Positions 37,946 to 47,048 of a DNA stretch of 64,000 nt are shown piece by piece. The DNA is from Candidatus Bathyarchaeota archaeon RBG_16_48_13 (GTDB taxonomy: Archaea; Thermoproteota; Bathyarchaeia; RBG-16-48-13), in assembly GCA_001775995.1 (NCBI GenBank), contig MEZH01000004.1, positions 44,456-108,455 on the forward strand, read 5' to 3'. Both the position numbers and the translations under genes were made by a program. A model generated the notes under the pieces. That model was given only the letters and a program-made list of their open reading frames with translations. It did not search any database and was not told where the DNA came from. The first letter of the stretch is position 1. Every line of letters begins with the position of its first letter.

Positions 37946-39172
37946 TTATCCCTCCAAATATGATTGGGCCTCATCGGAAAAGGACAGTTGCTCGGAGATC
38001 TTGGGTTTCTGTTCGGGATGGTTGAGCATGATGACTTTCACGACGTTCAAATAATCCTCTGTAGCGGTCCTCTTTGACACATGATACCTAAAACCGATCT
38101 TCTGGGCCAACTCATCCAATAAGGATCGGGTTGCCCTTGACCTTCCTAGCATGACAAACCTGCCGTGTGGAAAGTGAAAGTGATTATTTTCTTTCGCCGA
38201 GTCTTTGGCCAAGACAATCCCTGATACCATCAGTTCTAAGGCATAGCTTAGGAGGTGCCAATCTTGGGTCTTCTTGATCTCCCCAAAACAGATGTCAGCT
38301 TTCGAGAGATAGTCGTACGCTGTAGCCAGGGCTTCTGGGTCTCGAAACCGAAAGGGTAAGTTATCATGGAGTGCCTGATATATGGATTCGTAGTCCATGT
38401 CTGATTCATCGATAACTTTCTTCGCTTCTCGCAGGGTTTGAGCTGCAAAGATTGAATTCAGTGTCTCTGAAATGTTGGCAGGCCTGTCTCGTGCAAATAA
38501 GCCAGCTATGTTCTCTCTTCTAAGTGTGACAGCGCCGGAAGAGGTGGATTGTAGATCATTTATGGCCGATCTTACATCACCCTGACTCATCTCAGTTATC
38601 ATTTCTAACGCCCCTTCTTCAGCGTTTATCCCTTCGAGGCGACATATGTTTTTGAGAAGAGCCAGTAGAACAGGGGGGCGAACCCTTTGGAACCTTACCA
38701 CCTGACAACAATGAATTAAAGGTTGAAGGGCTTCTCTCTGTGTACTGTTTGCTGCAAGGATTATTGGGACTCGGGTCACTTCCAGAATCTTCTGTATTGC
38801 TGCCATACCACCATGATCTTCTCGACCGAAAATCCCGTCAATTTCATCGACAAACAAAAGGAGACCACGGTATCCATAGAATGCTTTGTCCAAAGAGCCT
38901 TCGATTGAGGCTGGGCCCATGACGCGTGATATCTGTTTCTCGGTACGGACGTCGCTGGCGTTCATCTCGATGAGTTGATATTGAAAATCGTGGGCTGCGG
39001 CCTGGACGAGGCTAGTTTTTCCCGTTCCGGGAGGTCCCCAGAGCAGAAACCCCTCATTTCCGGGAACCCAATTCTTCAGCCATTTAACGATGGCTACTTT
39101 AGCTTCTTCATTGCCTATGATCTCACAAATGCTTTTGGGGCGGTATTTCTCCGTCCACATAACGTCCTTCAT
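37946..39172 (-). CDS. rfcL: Replication factor C large subunit
   Basis: WTEKYRP, GPPGTGKTS, EMNASD, FVDEIDG, GDVRSAINDLQ. Confidence 0.92.
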   Translation of the reverse strand: MKDVMWTEKYRPKSICEIIGNEEAKVAIVKWLKNWVPGNEGFLLWGPPGTGKTSLVQAAAHDFQYQLIEMNASDVRTEKQISRVMGPASIEGSLDKAFYGYRGLLLFVDEIDGIFGREDHGGMAAIQKILEVTRVPIILAANSTQREALQPLIHCCQVVRFQRVRPPVLLALLKNICRLEGINAEEGALEMITEMSQGDVRSAINDLQSTSSGAVTLRRENIAGLFARDRPANISETLNSIFAAQTLREAKKVIDESDMDYESIYQALHDNLPFRFRDPEALATAYDYLSKADICFGEIKKTQDWHLLSYALELMVSGIVLAKDSAKENNHFHFPHGRFVMLGRSRATRSLLDELAQKIGFRYHVSKRTATEDYLNVVKVIMLNHPEQKPKISEQLSFSDEAQSYLEG

Positions 39173-39190
39173 AATAGCTGCCAGTTCCTC

Positions 39191-40168
39191 TCAGACTCTT
39201 CTGCAGAATTTCACAACTTGAGCTAGGAAAGCGCTCAATTGGATGTCTTCGTTTGCACCTTCCAGCAATCTAAAATCATATTCTCCAAGCACCCGGATCA
39301 GTTCTATTCTGACGTCTTCAGGTACATCGAGCACGAGTATTTGGCGATGGATCTGGCGAATGATCTCGCTCCCTGAGAGGCCCTTATTGAACATGAGGCT
39401 AAACAAGGTCTCTCGGGCCCCTCGGAAGTCGCCTTCTAGGGCCTTATTGATCATTTTCTTAATGTCGCTTTTGTCGATTTCCCCTAGGAATTGATTTACG
39501 GCTCTCTCATCTACAGCTTTTTCCATCGCTGAAGCAGCCTGAAGCGTGTTTATGGCTCTTCGGAGATCACCGTTTGCGAAGGTCGTAATAGCATTCAAGC
39601 CATCATCCAAGAGCTTCACACCCTCTTTATGGGATATTTCTTGAAGATACTGTGCAACGTCATCCCTTTTCAGAGGTAAGAAACGGAAGATTGCACATCG
39701 ACTTTGAATGGGTTCTATGATTTTCCCAGAGTAGTTGGCAATGAGAATGAAACGAGAATTTCTTGAACTGACCTCCATAATCCTTCTCAACGCGGTCTGA
39801 GCGTCGGAGGTCATCTGATCACATTCATCCAAGATTACCACATTTATGGAGAGCCCTGATAACCTGCCCGTCGCCATGCGGGAGAAATTCTTCACCCTTT
39901 CTCTGATCATCTGGATGCCTCTCTCATCAGAGGCGTTCAGTTCGAGGATGTTGTTTCTCCAAGTTTGTCCCAAGATCTTTTGAGCTGCACAGAGGGCAAC
40001 AGTTGTTTTTCCTGTGCCTGGCGGGCCCGCGAACAGGAGATGTGGCATGGTGGAGGGAGAAACCAACAAGGCTCCTAACATCTTTATGATGTCTTTCTGA
40101 TTCACAACGTCGTCGAGAGAAGATGGCCGGTATTTTTCGGTCCACATTACTTCGTTCTCTTGAGCCAT
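39191..40168 (-). CDS. rfcS: Replication factor C small subunit (no intein)
   Basis: WTEKYRP, GPPGTGKT, ELNASDERG, LDECD, AQTALRR, IQSRC, GDLRRAIN. Confidence 0.95.
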   Translation of the reverse strand: MAQENEVMWTEKYRPSSLDDVVNQKDIIKMLGALLVSPSTMPHLLFAGPPGTGKTTVALCAAQKILGQTWRNNILELNASDERGIQMIRERVKNFSRMATGRLSGLSINVVILDECDQMTSDAQTALRRIMEVSSRNSRFILIANYSGKIIEPIQSRCAIFRFLPLKRDDVAQYLQEISHKEGVKLLDDGLNAITTFANGDLRRAINTLQAASAMEKAVDERAVNQFLGEIDKSDIKKMINKALEGDFRGARETLFSLMFNKGLSGSEIIRQIHRQILVLDVPEDVRIELIRVLGEYDFRLLEGANEDIQLSAFLAQVVKFCRRV

Positions 40169-40317
40169 GGCGGTATGACCTGTGGTGCGCTCGGCAACGA
40201 GTAACTATTCCACCAACACTATTATAAGTTATTAGAATCATGCGTTCATGCCAATTTGCATGGATGTCTGAAGTGACATGAAATGAAGATCGAGCAGCGG
40301 CAAAAGTGTGAGGAGAT

Positions 40318-40854
40318 TTAGGAGGTTATTCTTTGACCGGTCTCGACGCCAAATGGGACGTAGACGAAAGCCACTATGCAGCATCCATAACGATCTTTTG
40401 GAACGCGCATGCTGCTGACCACCGCTTTGGGGTTAACGAGCTTTACATCGCGGTCTGAAGCCATCCTCTTCATTCTCTTGTAGAGCTCTTCTTCAATGGT
40501 TTTTGCATCTTTGTAGCCATGATTCTCTGCGACAAAGCCATAGGTTGGACCCTTCTTGTTCATGCAATTGGAATAACCAACGCCAGCTCCTATGTTCTCC
40601 CCTTCATCACCATCCATTCTAGCCACAACGGCGAAGGTCAGAGTACCCGGAGTGATGCGGCAGGGTCTGACTTCTTTTGCGTCTTTAGGAATTATAGATG
40701 ATATGTATATTAAGTTACATTCATCTATCTTGGCCTCGCTCAGAGCGTCATCAAATGCGTTGAGCATTGATTCTGTGCTGGTTCCTTTGCCACTGGTCAC
40801 AAAGAAGGCTTGAGGCAGGAAAATGCCGTGGGTAGTACGATAATGTTTCATCAA
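40318..40854 (-). CDS. pdaD: Pyruvoyl-dependent arginine decarboxylase
   Basis: NAFDDAL...IDECNLIYISSIIP with the Ser-Ser self-cleavage site; YGFVAE. Confidence 0.85.
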   Translation of the reverse strand: MMKHYRTTHGIFLPQAFFVTSGKGTSTESMLNAFDDALSEAKIDECNLIYISSIIPKDAKEVRPCRITPGTLTFAVVARMDGDEGENIGAGVGYSNCMNKKGPTYGFVAENHGYKDAKTIEEELYKRMKRMASDRDVKLVNPKAVVSSMRVPKDRYGCCIVAFVYVPFGVETGQRITS

Positions 40855-40986
40855 ATGTCACTTAGAGAACAATGTGACATACAATCTAAAATACTTACGT
40901 TTCTGTGAATTTGGACCCTGAATCATATTTCAAGTATATAGAATTCGGCGCTAGGTTTTGCGTATAAACCGAGAAAACGAAGTTAG

Positions 40987-41101
40987 TGGGGAGGCCGGGA
41001 TTTGAACCCGGGATCACCAGCGCCCCAGGTTCCCCGCGTTTTTTGAACGCTCTGGAATCCTGTTGGCGGTCTGAACCTTGACCAAGCTAGACTACCTCCC
41101 C
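40987..41101 (-). tRNA. tRNA-Pro(GGG) with two introns (41062..41078 and 41030..41051); CCA not encoded
   Basis: Acceptor GGGGAGG/CCTCCCC-A and T arm CCGGG-TTCAAAT-CCCGG. Removing the 17-nt and 22-nt inserts gives a 76-nt cloverleaf with anticodon arm CCAGC-CTGGGGC-GCTGG. Confidence 0.9.
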
Positions 41102-41125
41102 GCAGATTCGTTAAGAATTGCGGTT

Positions 41126-41896
41126 TCAGGTTTTAACGCTTTCTAAACCGAGGGCAAAAAGGATTTCTACGAAATCTCTTTGAGCCAAGGTCATTTTGTA
41201 TTTCCGAAGTTTGTCGATCAAATAGGCTTTGTCAAAGGGTAGCAGCCTTCTGGTTGTCTGAGAGATTTCGCTTCCAATGAAGAGATATTGGCACATGGAG
41301 GTGACGTTAGAGGGGTGCCGTGTTGTGCTAGCTGATTCGAAATCCAATATAACCGGTTTTCCTCGCAGGGGTATTATGAGATGCTTGTGGGCCGTGCTCA
41401 TTTCACCGTGGTCGAGCCCGATAGAGTCGAGTTTTCTGCAGTCGCCCAGAATGGATCTGAAAACGGGCTTGAAACTGCATCTTGATTCTTCAGACTGCAG
41501 CCACTCTGCTGGTCTCAACCCATCGATGAATTCCATCAAGAGAAAGTTTGCTGATTGGGCAATTAGCTTTGGGCCCACTCCTAATTCATTTGCGTGCATC
41601 AATAACTGGGCTTCTCGATCCATGTCAGGTCGATTAGCATCTAGCCTACGTATTTTCAAAGCCACTTGTCCTAGACTAGTGTTAGCCAATAGGACTAGAC
41701 TGACGCATCCCTTTCCCAGGATTTTTATTCCGTCAAGAGTTTCCGGCCCATAAGGGATAATCGCCTTGACCCCTAGTGATTCAAGCTCTTTGATTCTTGA
41801 CCGGAGTGTGTCTATGTTAGGTCTTGGGTAGCAGAGAAGATGGGCTATTCTCTCTCCATTAAAATAGATGCTAGGTATTGCCTCGGTCGGATTCAA
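41126..41896 (-). CDS. RIO-like Ser/Thr protein kinase (cca-associated)
   Basis: Gly loop LGKGCVSLV, ALKIRR, REAQLL, LLMEFIDG, LDHGEM, ILDFESA. Confidence 0.8.
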   Translation of the reverse strand: MNPTEAIPSIYFNGERIAHLLCYPRPNIDTLRSRIKELESLGVKAIIPYGPETLDGIKILGKGCVSLVLLANTSLGQVALKIRRLDANRPDMDREAQLLMHANELGVGPKLIAQSANFLLMEFIDGLRPAEWLQSEESRCSFKPVFRSILGDCRKLDSIGLDHGEMSTAHKHLIIPLRGKPVILDFESASTTRHPSNVTSMCQYLFIGSEISQTTRRLLPFDKAYLIDKLRKYKMTLAQRDFVEILFALGLESVKT

Positions 41897-43319
41897 GCCA
41901 TCTAGGCCTCCCGTACAAGAAATCTGTCAAGAAAATTGCGAAATCTCTACTGGAAGAAAGGAAATCAAGGATTTCCTCGTTCACGAAGATCTCCAAGTCC
42001 CTCATTGCAGCTTCTGCAATAAAACTACCGACACCGATATCTCGCCCTCCATTCTTCACTTTTCTCTCCAGTAGTACCCGTGCATCCATGGATCTTCTGC
42101 GGATTTGGGCGACCCATCGGTTATCCTCTATCCAAGGCCCGGCCACCAATTCTTTTGAGCCTAGATATTTTTCAAGGAAATCCGCGGATTCCTTGATCTT
42201 AGAGATAGGAGGTCCAAGATGTTTCTTTGTCATTGACAGAAGGTTTCTCTCAAGCTCGAATACTAGAAGGCTACAATTTGCTTCGTCGCTCCATGCAGAA
42301 GATCTTAGAACTTGGAAATCGTTTTGTCTAAGGTACCTCTCGATCGATCGGAGAGTCTTGTAAAGTTGACCCCAAAGGATGTCGGATACGACGCCCGCAC
42401 CACCAATCTTTATGAATATGATATCTGTGCCTTTCCCATCCATCGTCGATATTACGCCATCGGGCCCAAATGGCTGAGTTATTCCTGGGAAAAAGAAGCG
42501 TTCACGTGGGGATTTCAGGAATATCCTCGAAGCTGCTCTGAACTCATTTAGCTTCCTTGAAGACACTGATGAGGCGACGTTTCTACGTCTATCGACCGGA
42601 TCCACCACAATAAAATTAGAGGAAAAAAACTTCTGCAGTTCATCTCCATTTCGGTAGGACTTCATGTAGTCGAGAGTAATCATCTCGCCACTTGCAGCAA
42701 TGGCTTCCAGAACTTTGATGAAAGACCCATAATGGATAGTCAGAAGTTCACACAGATAACCGCTGAATCCACCCACTCTGATCTCAGCGCCATACACTCC
42801 GATGCCCTTCATGAACCTCTTTAGGAGTCGCACATCTCCCTTCAGGCTGTCTCCAAGGTTCTTCTTTATGAATTCCGTGTGGTATGGTGTCCGATCAGTA
42901 GCGCTCATCCAATCGCTTCTCTTCGCTCTGTCGGAGGAAATTTTGTAGAAAGGAACAAGATTTATTCTCGTACCTTCAATCCGTGCTTCCAGATACGGGT
43001 GCTCCGCAAATCTCTCTTTCTGTTCATGGCCTTCTGCCACTTTTCGAGCTATCTCCAGGGCAACCTTTTCGAATCTCTTCCTTCCCACTTCAGGAGAAAA
43101 ACCTATGAAAAGGTCTATGTCCACGTCACTACTCAACCATGTGTCTTTTGCCAAGGAACCTTCTAGCCGAACTGATACCTCGAGGTTGTTCTCTCTTGCC
43201 GAAGTCTCCGTCCTCTTGATCAATCTCAAGGTCAGGTCTTGAAGTCTCTGCCTCTCACCAGGCTCTGGCGTTACTTCTTTCAGGACATGTGTGCAGATCT
43301 CTTCAAGAATGGAACTCAA
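41871..43319 (-). CDS. cca: CCA-adding enzyme (class I)
   Basis: EGSLAKDTWL..DVDIDLF, FAEHPY, ATDRTPYHT, GVYGAEIRVGGFSGYLCELL, DPVDRRRNVAS. Confidence 0.95.
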   Translation of the reverse strand: MSSILEEICTHVLKEVTPEPGERQRLQDLTLRLIKRTETSARENNLEVSVRLEGSLAKDTWLSSDVDIDLFIGFSPEVGRKRFEKVALEIARKVAEGHEQKERFAEHPYLEARIEGTRINLVPFYKISSDRAKRSDWMSATDRTPYHTEFIKKNLGDSLKGDVRLLKRFMKGIGVYGAEIRVGGFSGYLCELLTIHYGSFIKVLEAIAASGEMITLDYMKSYRNGDELQKFFSSNFIVVDPVDRRRNVASSVSSRKLNEFRAASRIFLKSPRERFFFPGITQPFGPDGVISTMDGKGTDIIFIKIGGAGVVSDILWGQLYKTLRSIERYLRQNDFQVLRSSAWSDEANCSLLVFELERNLLSMTKKHLGPPISKIKESADFLEKYLGSKELVAGPWIEDNRWVAQIRRRSMDARVLLERKVKNGGRDIGVGSFIAEAAMRDLEIFVNEEILDFLSSSRDFAIFLTDFLYGRPRWLESDRGNT

Positions 43320-43882
43320 ACAGCTACCTCGCGTAGGGTGCTGTAGATGGGACCGCTTGGAGTCAGAACACTCTTTTTCAGCTTTAAGCTATTCACCCTA
43401 ATGGATCCGAATTCGAGACCAACAAGATCGTCTATCTTGTGAACTAATACGTCTTTGTTCTTCGCCGATTTGACTCTAATTATTGTAAGGTGAGCGCTAA
43501 ATTTCCTATTCTCAGGCGGAAAGCCGAGGTTCTTCAATCCAGTTTCAAGACTCTCTGCGATTCTGGATAATTCTTCAAAGCCATTCGTTATTCCAATCCA
43601 TACAACATTCATCCTCGAGAGGCTTGGAAAGACTCCTACATTTTTGAGCCCCACGTCGAACGCTTTGACATAAACGTTCTTCATCACATCGTGAACATCA
43701 TCTATCATAGAGGATCGAATGTCGCCAAGGAATTTCATCGTGATATGGATATTCTGAGGTTCCACTATTTTGAGGTCAGCACCAGTGGCTTGGAGTAACC
43801 CTTGAACCTCGGTGATTCCTCGGAGAATGTTGGGCTCCGAGATGTCGAAGGCTATGAAGCTTCTATTGATCTCGCTGGCCAA
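43316..43882 (-). CDS. thpR: RNA 2',3'-cyclic phosphodiesterase (2H phosphoesterase)
   Basis: RSFIAF, two HxT motifs (HITM, HLTI), SVLTPSGPIY; start re-assigned to TTG 43882. Confidence 0.92.
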   Translation of the reverse strand: MASEINRSFIAFDISEPNILRGITEVQGLLQATGADLKIVEPQNIHITMKFLGDIRSSMIDDVHDVMKNVYVKAFDVGLKNVGVFPSLSRMNVVWIGITNGFEELSRIAESLETGLKNLGFPPENRKFSAHLTIIRVKSAKNKDVLVHKIDDLVGLEFGSIRVNSLKLKKSVLTPSGPIYSTLREVAV

Positions 43883-44053
43883 TATTTCCACTTCCAAAAG
43901 GATGACCAAATATACGAACAATTAGCTGAGATGAAGCTGGATAAATACCATTATAAACATATTTTGTGTTTTATATGGAGACAAGCTCCAATTAGGGATT
44001 TCTCACAGCCACGAAATAGAGCACATTAGGATGGAGATGAATAGGAAGAGCTG

Positions 44054-44647
44054 ATGACAAGTAAGAAAAGGACGGACACATCAATGGAAGAGAAAAAGAT
44101 CATCGGTATCACCGGCATGCCAGGTGCAGGTAAGGGATCTGCAATGGAGACAGCAAAGAAAGCGGGCTACCCTGTCGTTGTGATGGGGGACCTCATAAGA
44201 GAGGAAACTGAAAAGAGAGGCCTAAGTCAGACGCCTGACAATTTGGGCAGAATCATGCTAAAGATCAGAGAAGAAGGAGGACCGGGCGTTGTGGCAAAGA
44301 GATGCCTCCTCAAGATAAGAGATTCGATCGGACAGACGGTAATAGTAGAAGGTATTAGAGGTCTAGCAGAAGTTAATGAGCTGAAAGAGCACTTTCCAGA
44401 TATGTTTTTAGTTGCCATTCATGCGTCGCCCAAGAAAAGGGCTCAGCGTTTACGTCGTCGCGGCAGAAGCGATGATCCGAAAACATGGGAAGAATTCCAG
44501 AAAAGGGACTTGAGGGAACTTGTAGTGGGAGTGGGTTCCGCAGTAGCCATATCTGACCATATCATTATCAACGAAGGAACACCTAAGCAGCTAGATCGTA
44601 ATGTGTCGAAAATGTTAAAGAAGGTAGAAAAGCGCTGGAAGATGTAA
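44054..44647 (+). CDS. UPF0200 P-loop kinase (dephospho-CoA/NMP-kinase-like)
   Basis: IIGITGMPGAGKG, VVVMGDLIREE, VEGIRG, AIHASP, RGRSDD, RDLREL..GVG. Confidence 0.8.
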   Translation: MTSKKRTDTSMEEKKIIGITGMPGAGKGSAMETAKKAGYPVVVMGDLIREETEKRGLSQTPDNLGRIMLKIREEGGPGVVAKRCLLKIRDSIGQTVIVEGIRGLAEVNELKEHFPDMFLVAIHASPKKRAQRLRRRGRSDDPKTWEEFQKRDLRELVVGVGSAVAISDHIIINEGTPKQLDRNVSKMLKKVEKRWKM

Positions 44648-45045
44648 TTGTCAGGATAGAAACAGACGTAAATCCCACAGAAGACCTCGAAAAGGTGAAG
44701 AAAGCTCTCTCAATTATCACGCCTGACCAAAACCTCGAGGAAGTGAAAAAGGGCTATAAATCATTCATAGGACTTGAGAAGAAGGGGATTGCAGCATTAG
44801 CCCAGCTGTTTAGTAGGCTCCGGGATGAGATGATTCTCGATGCAGCCAGGAAAGCCTTGTTCTCTTCGACAAAGGAGAATGTCATTAGTTTTCACTTGAA
44901 TAAGCAAGCTGCCTTTGCAGGACGCATCTCTTTCTGTAAACCGACTGGCGAGTCGCCCCTAGGTCCCATAAGTGTTCATATAAGATGCACGGATCCAGAG
45001 GCATTAATAGAATGGCTAGCGCCAAGCACATCCAGGAAGCAATAA
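44635..45045 (+). CDS. UPF0201 RNA-binding protein (apparent CTG start)
   Basis: VRIETDVNPTEDLEKVKKAL lies upstream of the track start; ILDAARK, LNKQAAFAG, ESPLGPI, LIEWLAP. Confidence 0.85.
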   Translation: MEDVIVRIETDVNPTEDLEKVKKALSIITPDQNLEEVKKGYKSFIGLEKKGIAALAQLFSRLRDEMILDAARKALFSSTKENVISFHLNKQAAFAGRISFCKPTGESPLGPISVHIRCTDPEALIEWLAPSTSRKQ

Positions 45046-45050
45046 AGTTG

Positions 45051-45968
45051 TTACGTCTTTTTGTAGGATATATTTAAGGTCATGAAATCTTCAGCGACAA
45101 AGACGTTAGTAAAGAATTGTTTAGCTTCTTCTAAGAGAATCTTAGGATTAACATAGCGGGCGCTTAGATGAAAAAGGGCCAAAAAACTGACTTTCGACTG
45201 TTCTGCAATTTGGGCTGCTTGGCTGGCCGTTGAGTGACCTTCTTCGGATGCTTTTTCTTGCAGATCGTCGCCAAAGGTGGAGTCGTGAACAAGAAGATCA
45301 GCCCCTTGGGCAAATTTCGCGAGCCTTGCGGAAGGCTTTGTGTCTCCTGAGTAGACGATTTTTCGCCCCGGTCTTCTTGGATCTGTCACCTCTTTAGGGG
45401 TCACTATTCTGCCTCCTTCGAGGGCTATCGGCTCATTGTATTGAAGTTGAGACCATTTAGGTCCCTTTGGAATACCCAAAGCCATGGCTTTCTCGGGATG
45501 AAACCTGCCTGGCCTTTCTTTTTCAAAAAGTCCATACGCGAGGGCAGGTATTGAATGCTCCGCCTGTGCACATCTAATAGAATAATCTCGTGTCTCGTAG
45601 AGTGATCGACCATCCCTGATTTCTTCTACTATTACAGGAAAGGTCAGACCGAATTGGACTGTCTTCTTGAATGCTTCTATGAATTTTTGGAGACCTGGGG
45701 GGCCAAAAACCTCCAAGGGTTCTTCCCGCCCCAATAGTGACATTGTTTGAAAGAGACCGGGGAGACCAAGGACGTGGTCACCATGCATATGAGTAATGAA
45801 GATCTTAGTTTTTCTACCGAACCCGACCCTAGCTATGAACATCTGCCTCTGGGTCCCTTCGCCACAATCGAAAAGGAAAAGCTCAGATTGACGTAGGATG
45901 GCCATGCTTGGCAAATTTCTATTGGCCGTCGGGATGCTCCCCGAGGTTCCTAAGAAGGTGACCAACAT
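45051..45968 (-). CDS. rnz: Ribonuclease Z
   Basis: FLGTSGSIPT..RN, FDCGEGTQ, THMHGDH, YSGDT, HDSTF, GHST, FHLSARY, exosite GIPKGP. Confidence 0.96.
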   Translation of the reverse strand: MLVTFLGTSGSIPTANRNLPSMAILRQSELFLFDCGEGTQRQMFIARVGFGRKTKIFITHMHGDHVLGLPGLFQTMSLLGREEPLEVFGPPGLQKFIEAFKKTVQFGLTFPVIVEEIRDGRSLYETRDYSIRCAQAEHSIPALAYGLFEKERPGRFHPEKAMALGIPKGPKWSQLQYNEPIALEGGRIVTPKEVTDPRRPGRKIVYSGDTKPSARLAKFAQGADLLVHDSTFGDDLQEKASEEGHSTASQAAQIAEQSKVSFLALFHLSARYVNPKILLEEAKQFFTNVFVAEDFMTLNISYKKT

Positions 45969-46007
45969 TGTTCATGACACCGAATACATTTTGTCGAGTT
46001 TCTCTAA

Positions 46008-47039
46008 TTATCCTTTGCAGAACACGGCTATCTCTCGTGTTAGACTGCTATGAACGTAGAGAAGATGGCTCTCAATCAATGCAAAGCCTGATTCTAGGCC
46101 TATCTCCTTCAATTTCGATCCTTGGGGATACGCCAAACAAATATGGCGCCCCTTCATGAGAAGACGGCTTGCCTCCTGAAAGAAAGCTCTCAGAATCTCA
46201 CAAGAGGCTAATCCCATAGTTGTCGCTGCTCTACCATAAGGCGGATCGGTGACAATGACATCAGCAATCCTGAATGGCGTCTGCCGAGCATCGTGTAATA
46301 CCAATGCTGGATCCAAGTCAAAATGCCTTAGGTTTTCAGCACAACCCACCACCATTCGTCGCTTCACATCACCCCCCGCGACTCTGAAGCCCATCAAACC
46401 AGCCTCCAATAGAATGCTACCAGTACCACAGAAAGGGTCCAAGACCAGGTCATCATCTCGGGGTCTGGCCAAGTTGACCATACATCTTGACAATTTGACC
46501 GACATTACGGTAGCGTGAAAGAAGGGTCTCTTCCTAGGCCGTCTCTCGAAAAATCCTTTTTTTGGTAATGGCCCTTTCCGAGCTCCCAGAATGAAGAACT
46601 CCTCTGCCAAGACACCTATCAGAAGCACCTGAGGCTTCCTGAGATCGACATTCAGACCGGGAATGTTCGAAACGGCTGCTGTGCCAATCTCCTCTTCCAA
46701 TCGCTCAATTTTCTCTCCAGAAACCCGGCCGAGTCTGATGACTCTTGCCGCGATTCGGTCGCCCTTTCTAAGAACCGAGTCGAAGCTCAGTCTGCGCAAA
46801 GTCCTAGAGATTCTTTCGAGATTAGGTTCCATAAGGGCTATTTCCAGACAGCCGGCTCGGGTCAACCCACAGCGAGCATCAATCACGGGCAGGGCACTCT
46901 CGTCAACCCTTAGACGAACCACTTGGTGCATCTTATCCAATAGCGTGTAGTTGAAGGATTCTGCATCCAGTACTGATCTGAGCTCAGCGCAGGGCAATGT
47001 CGGATGCTCGCCTGAGAGGACGAAGAAAATGTTGTCCAC
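46008..47039 (-). CDS. trm11: THUMP-domain tRNA (guanine(10)-N2) methyltransferase (Trm11/TrmG10)
   Basis: LSGEHPTLP, LARCMVNL-like segment, DPFCGTGSILLE, TDPPYGR, VHSSLTR. Confidence 0.85.
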   Translation of the reverse strand: MDNIFFVLSGEHPTLPCAELRSVLDAESFNYTLLDKMHQVVRLRVDESALPVIDARCGLTRAGCLEIALMEPNLERISRTLRRLSFDSVLRKGDRIAARVIRLGRVSGEKIERLEEEIGTAAVSNIPGLNVDLRKPQVLLIGVLAEEFFILGARKGPLPKKGFFERRPRKRPFFHATVMSVKLSRCMVNLARPRDDDLVLDPFCGTGSILLEAGLMGFRVAGGDVKRRMVVGCAENLRHFDLDPALVLHDARQTPFRIADVIVTDPPYGRAATTMGLASCEILRAFFQEASRLLMKGRHICLAYPQGSKLKEIGLESGFALIESHLLYVHSSLTREIAVFCKG

Positions 47040-47048
47040 TCGCGAACC

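Noticed and set aside
40240-40290. Two short hairpins (TTCATGC/GCATGGA and ATGTC/GACAT) between rfcS and pdaD
   Set aside because: Stems of 5-7 bp without a U-tract or recognisable RNA motif; not distinguishable from chance.
40855-41125. Integrated element at the tRNA
   Set aside because: No integrase, no duplicated tRNA 3' half, and housekeeping genes on both sides.
44054-44647. Flagellar FliE label sometimes attached to this family
   Set aside because: The sequence is a P-loop kinase fold with no flagellar features or context.
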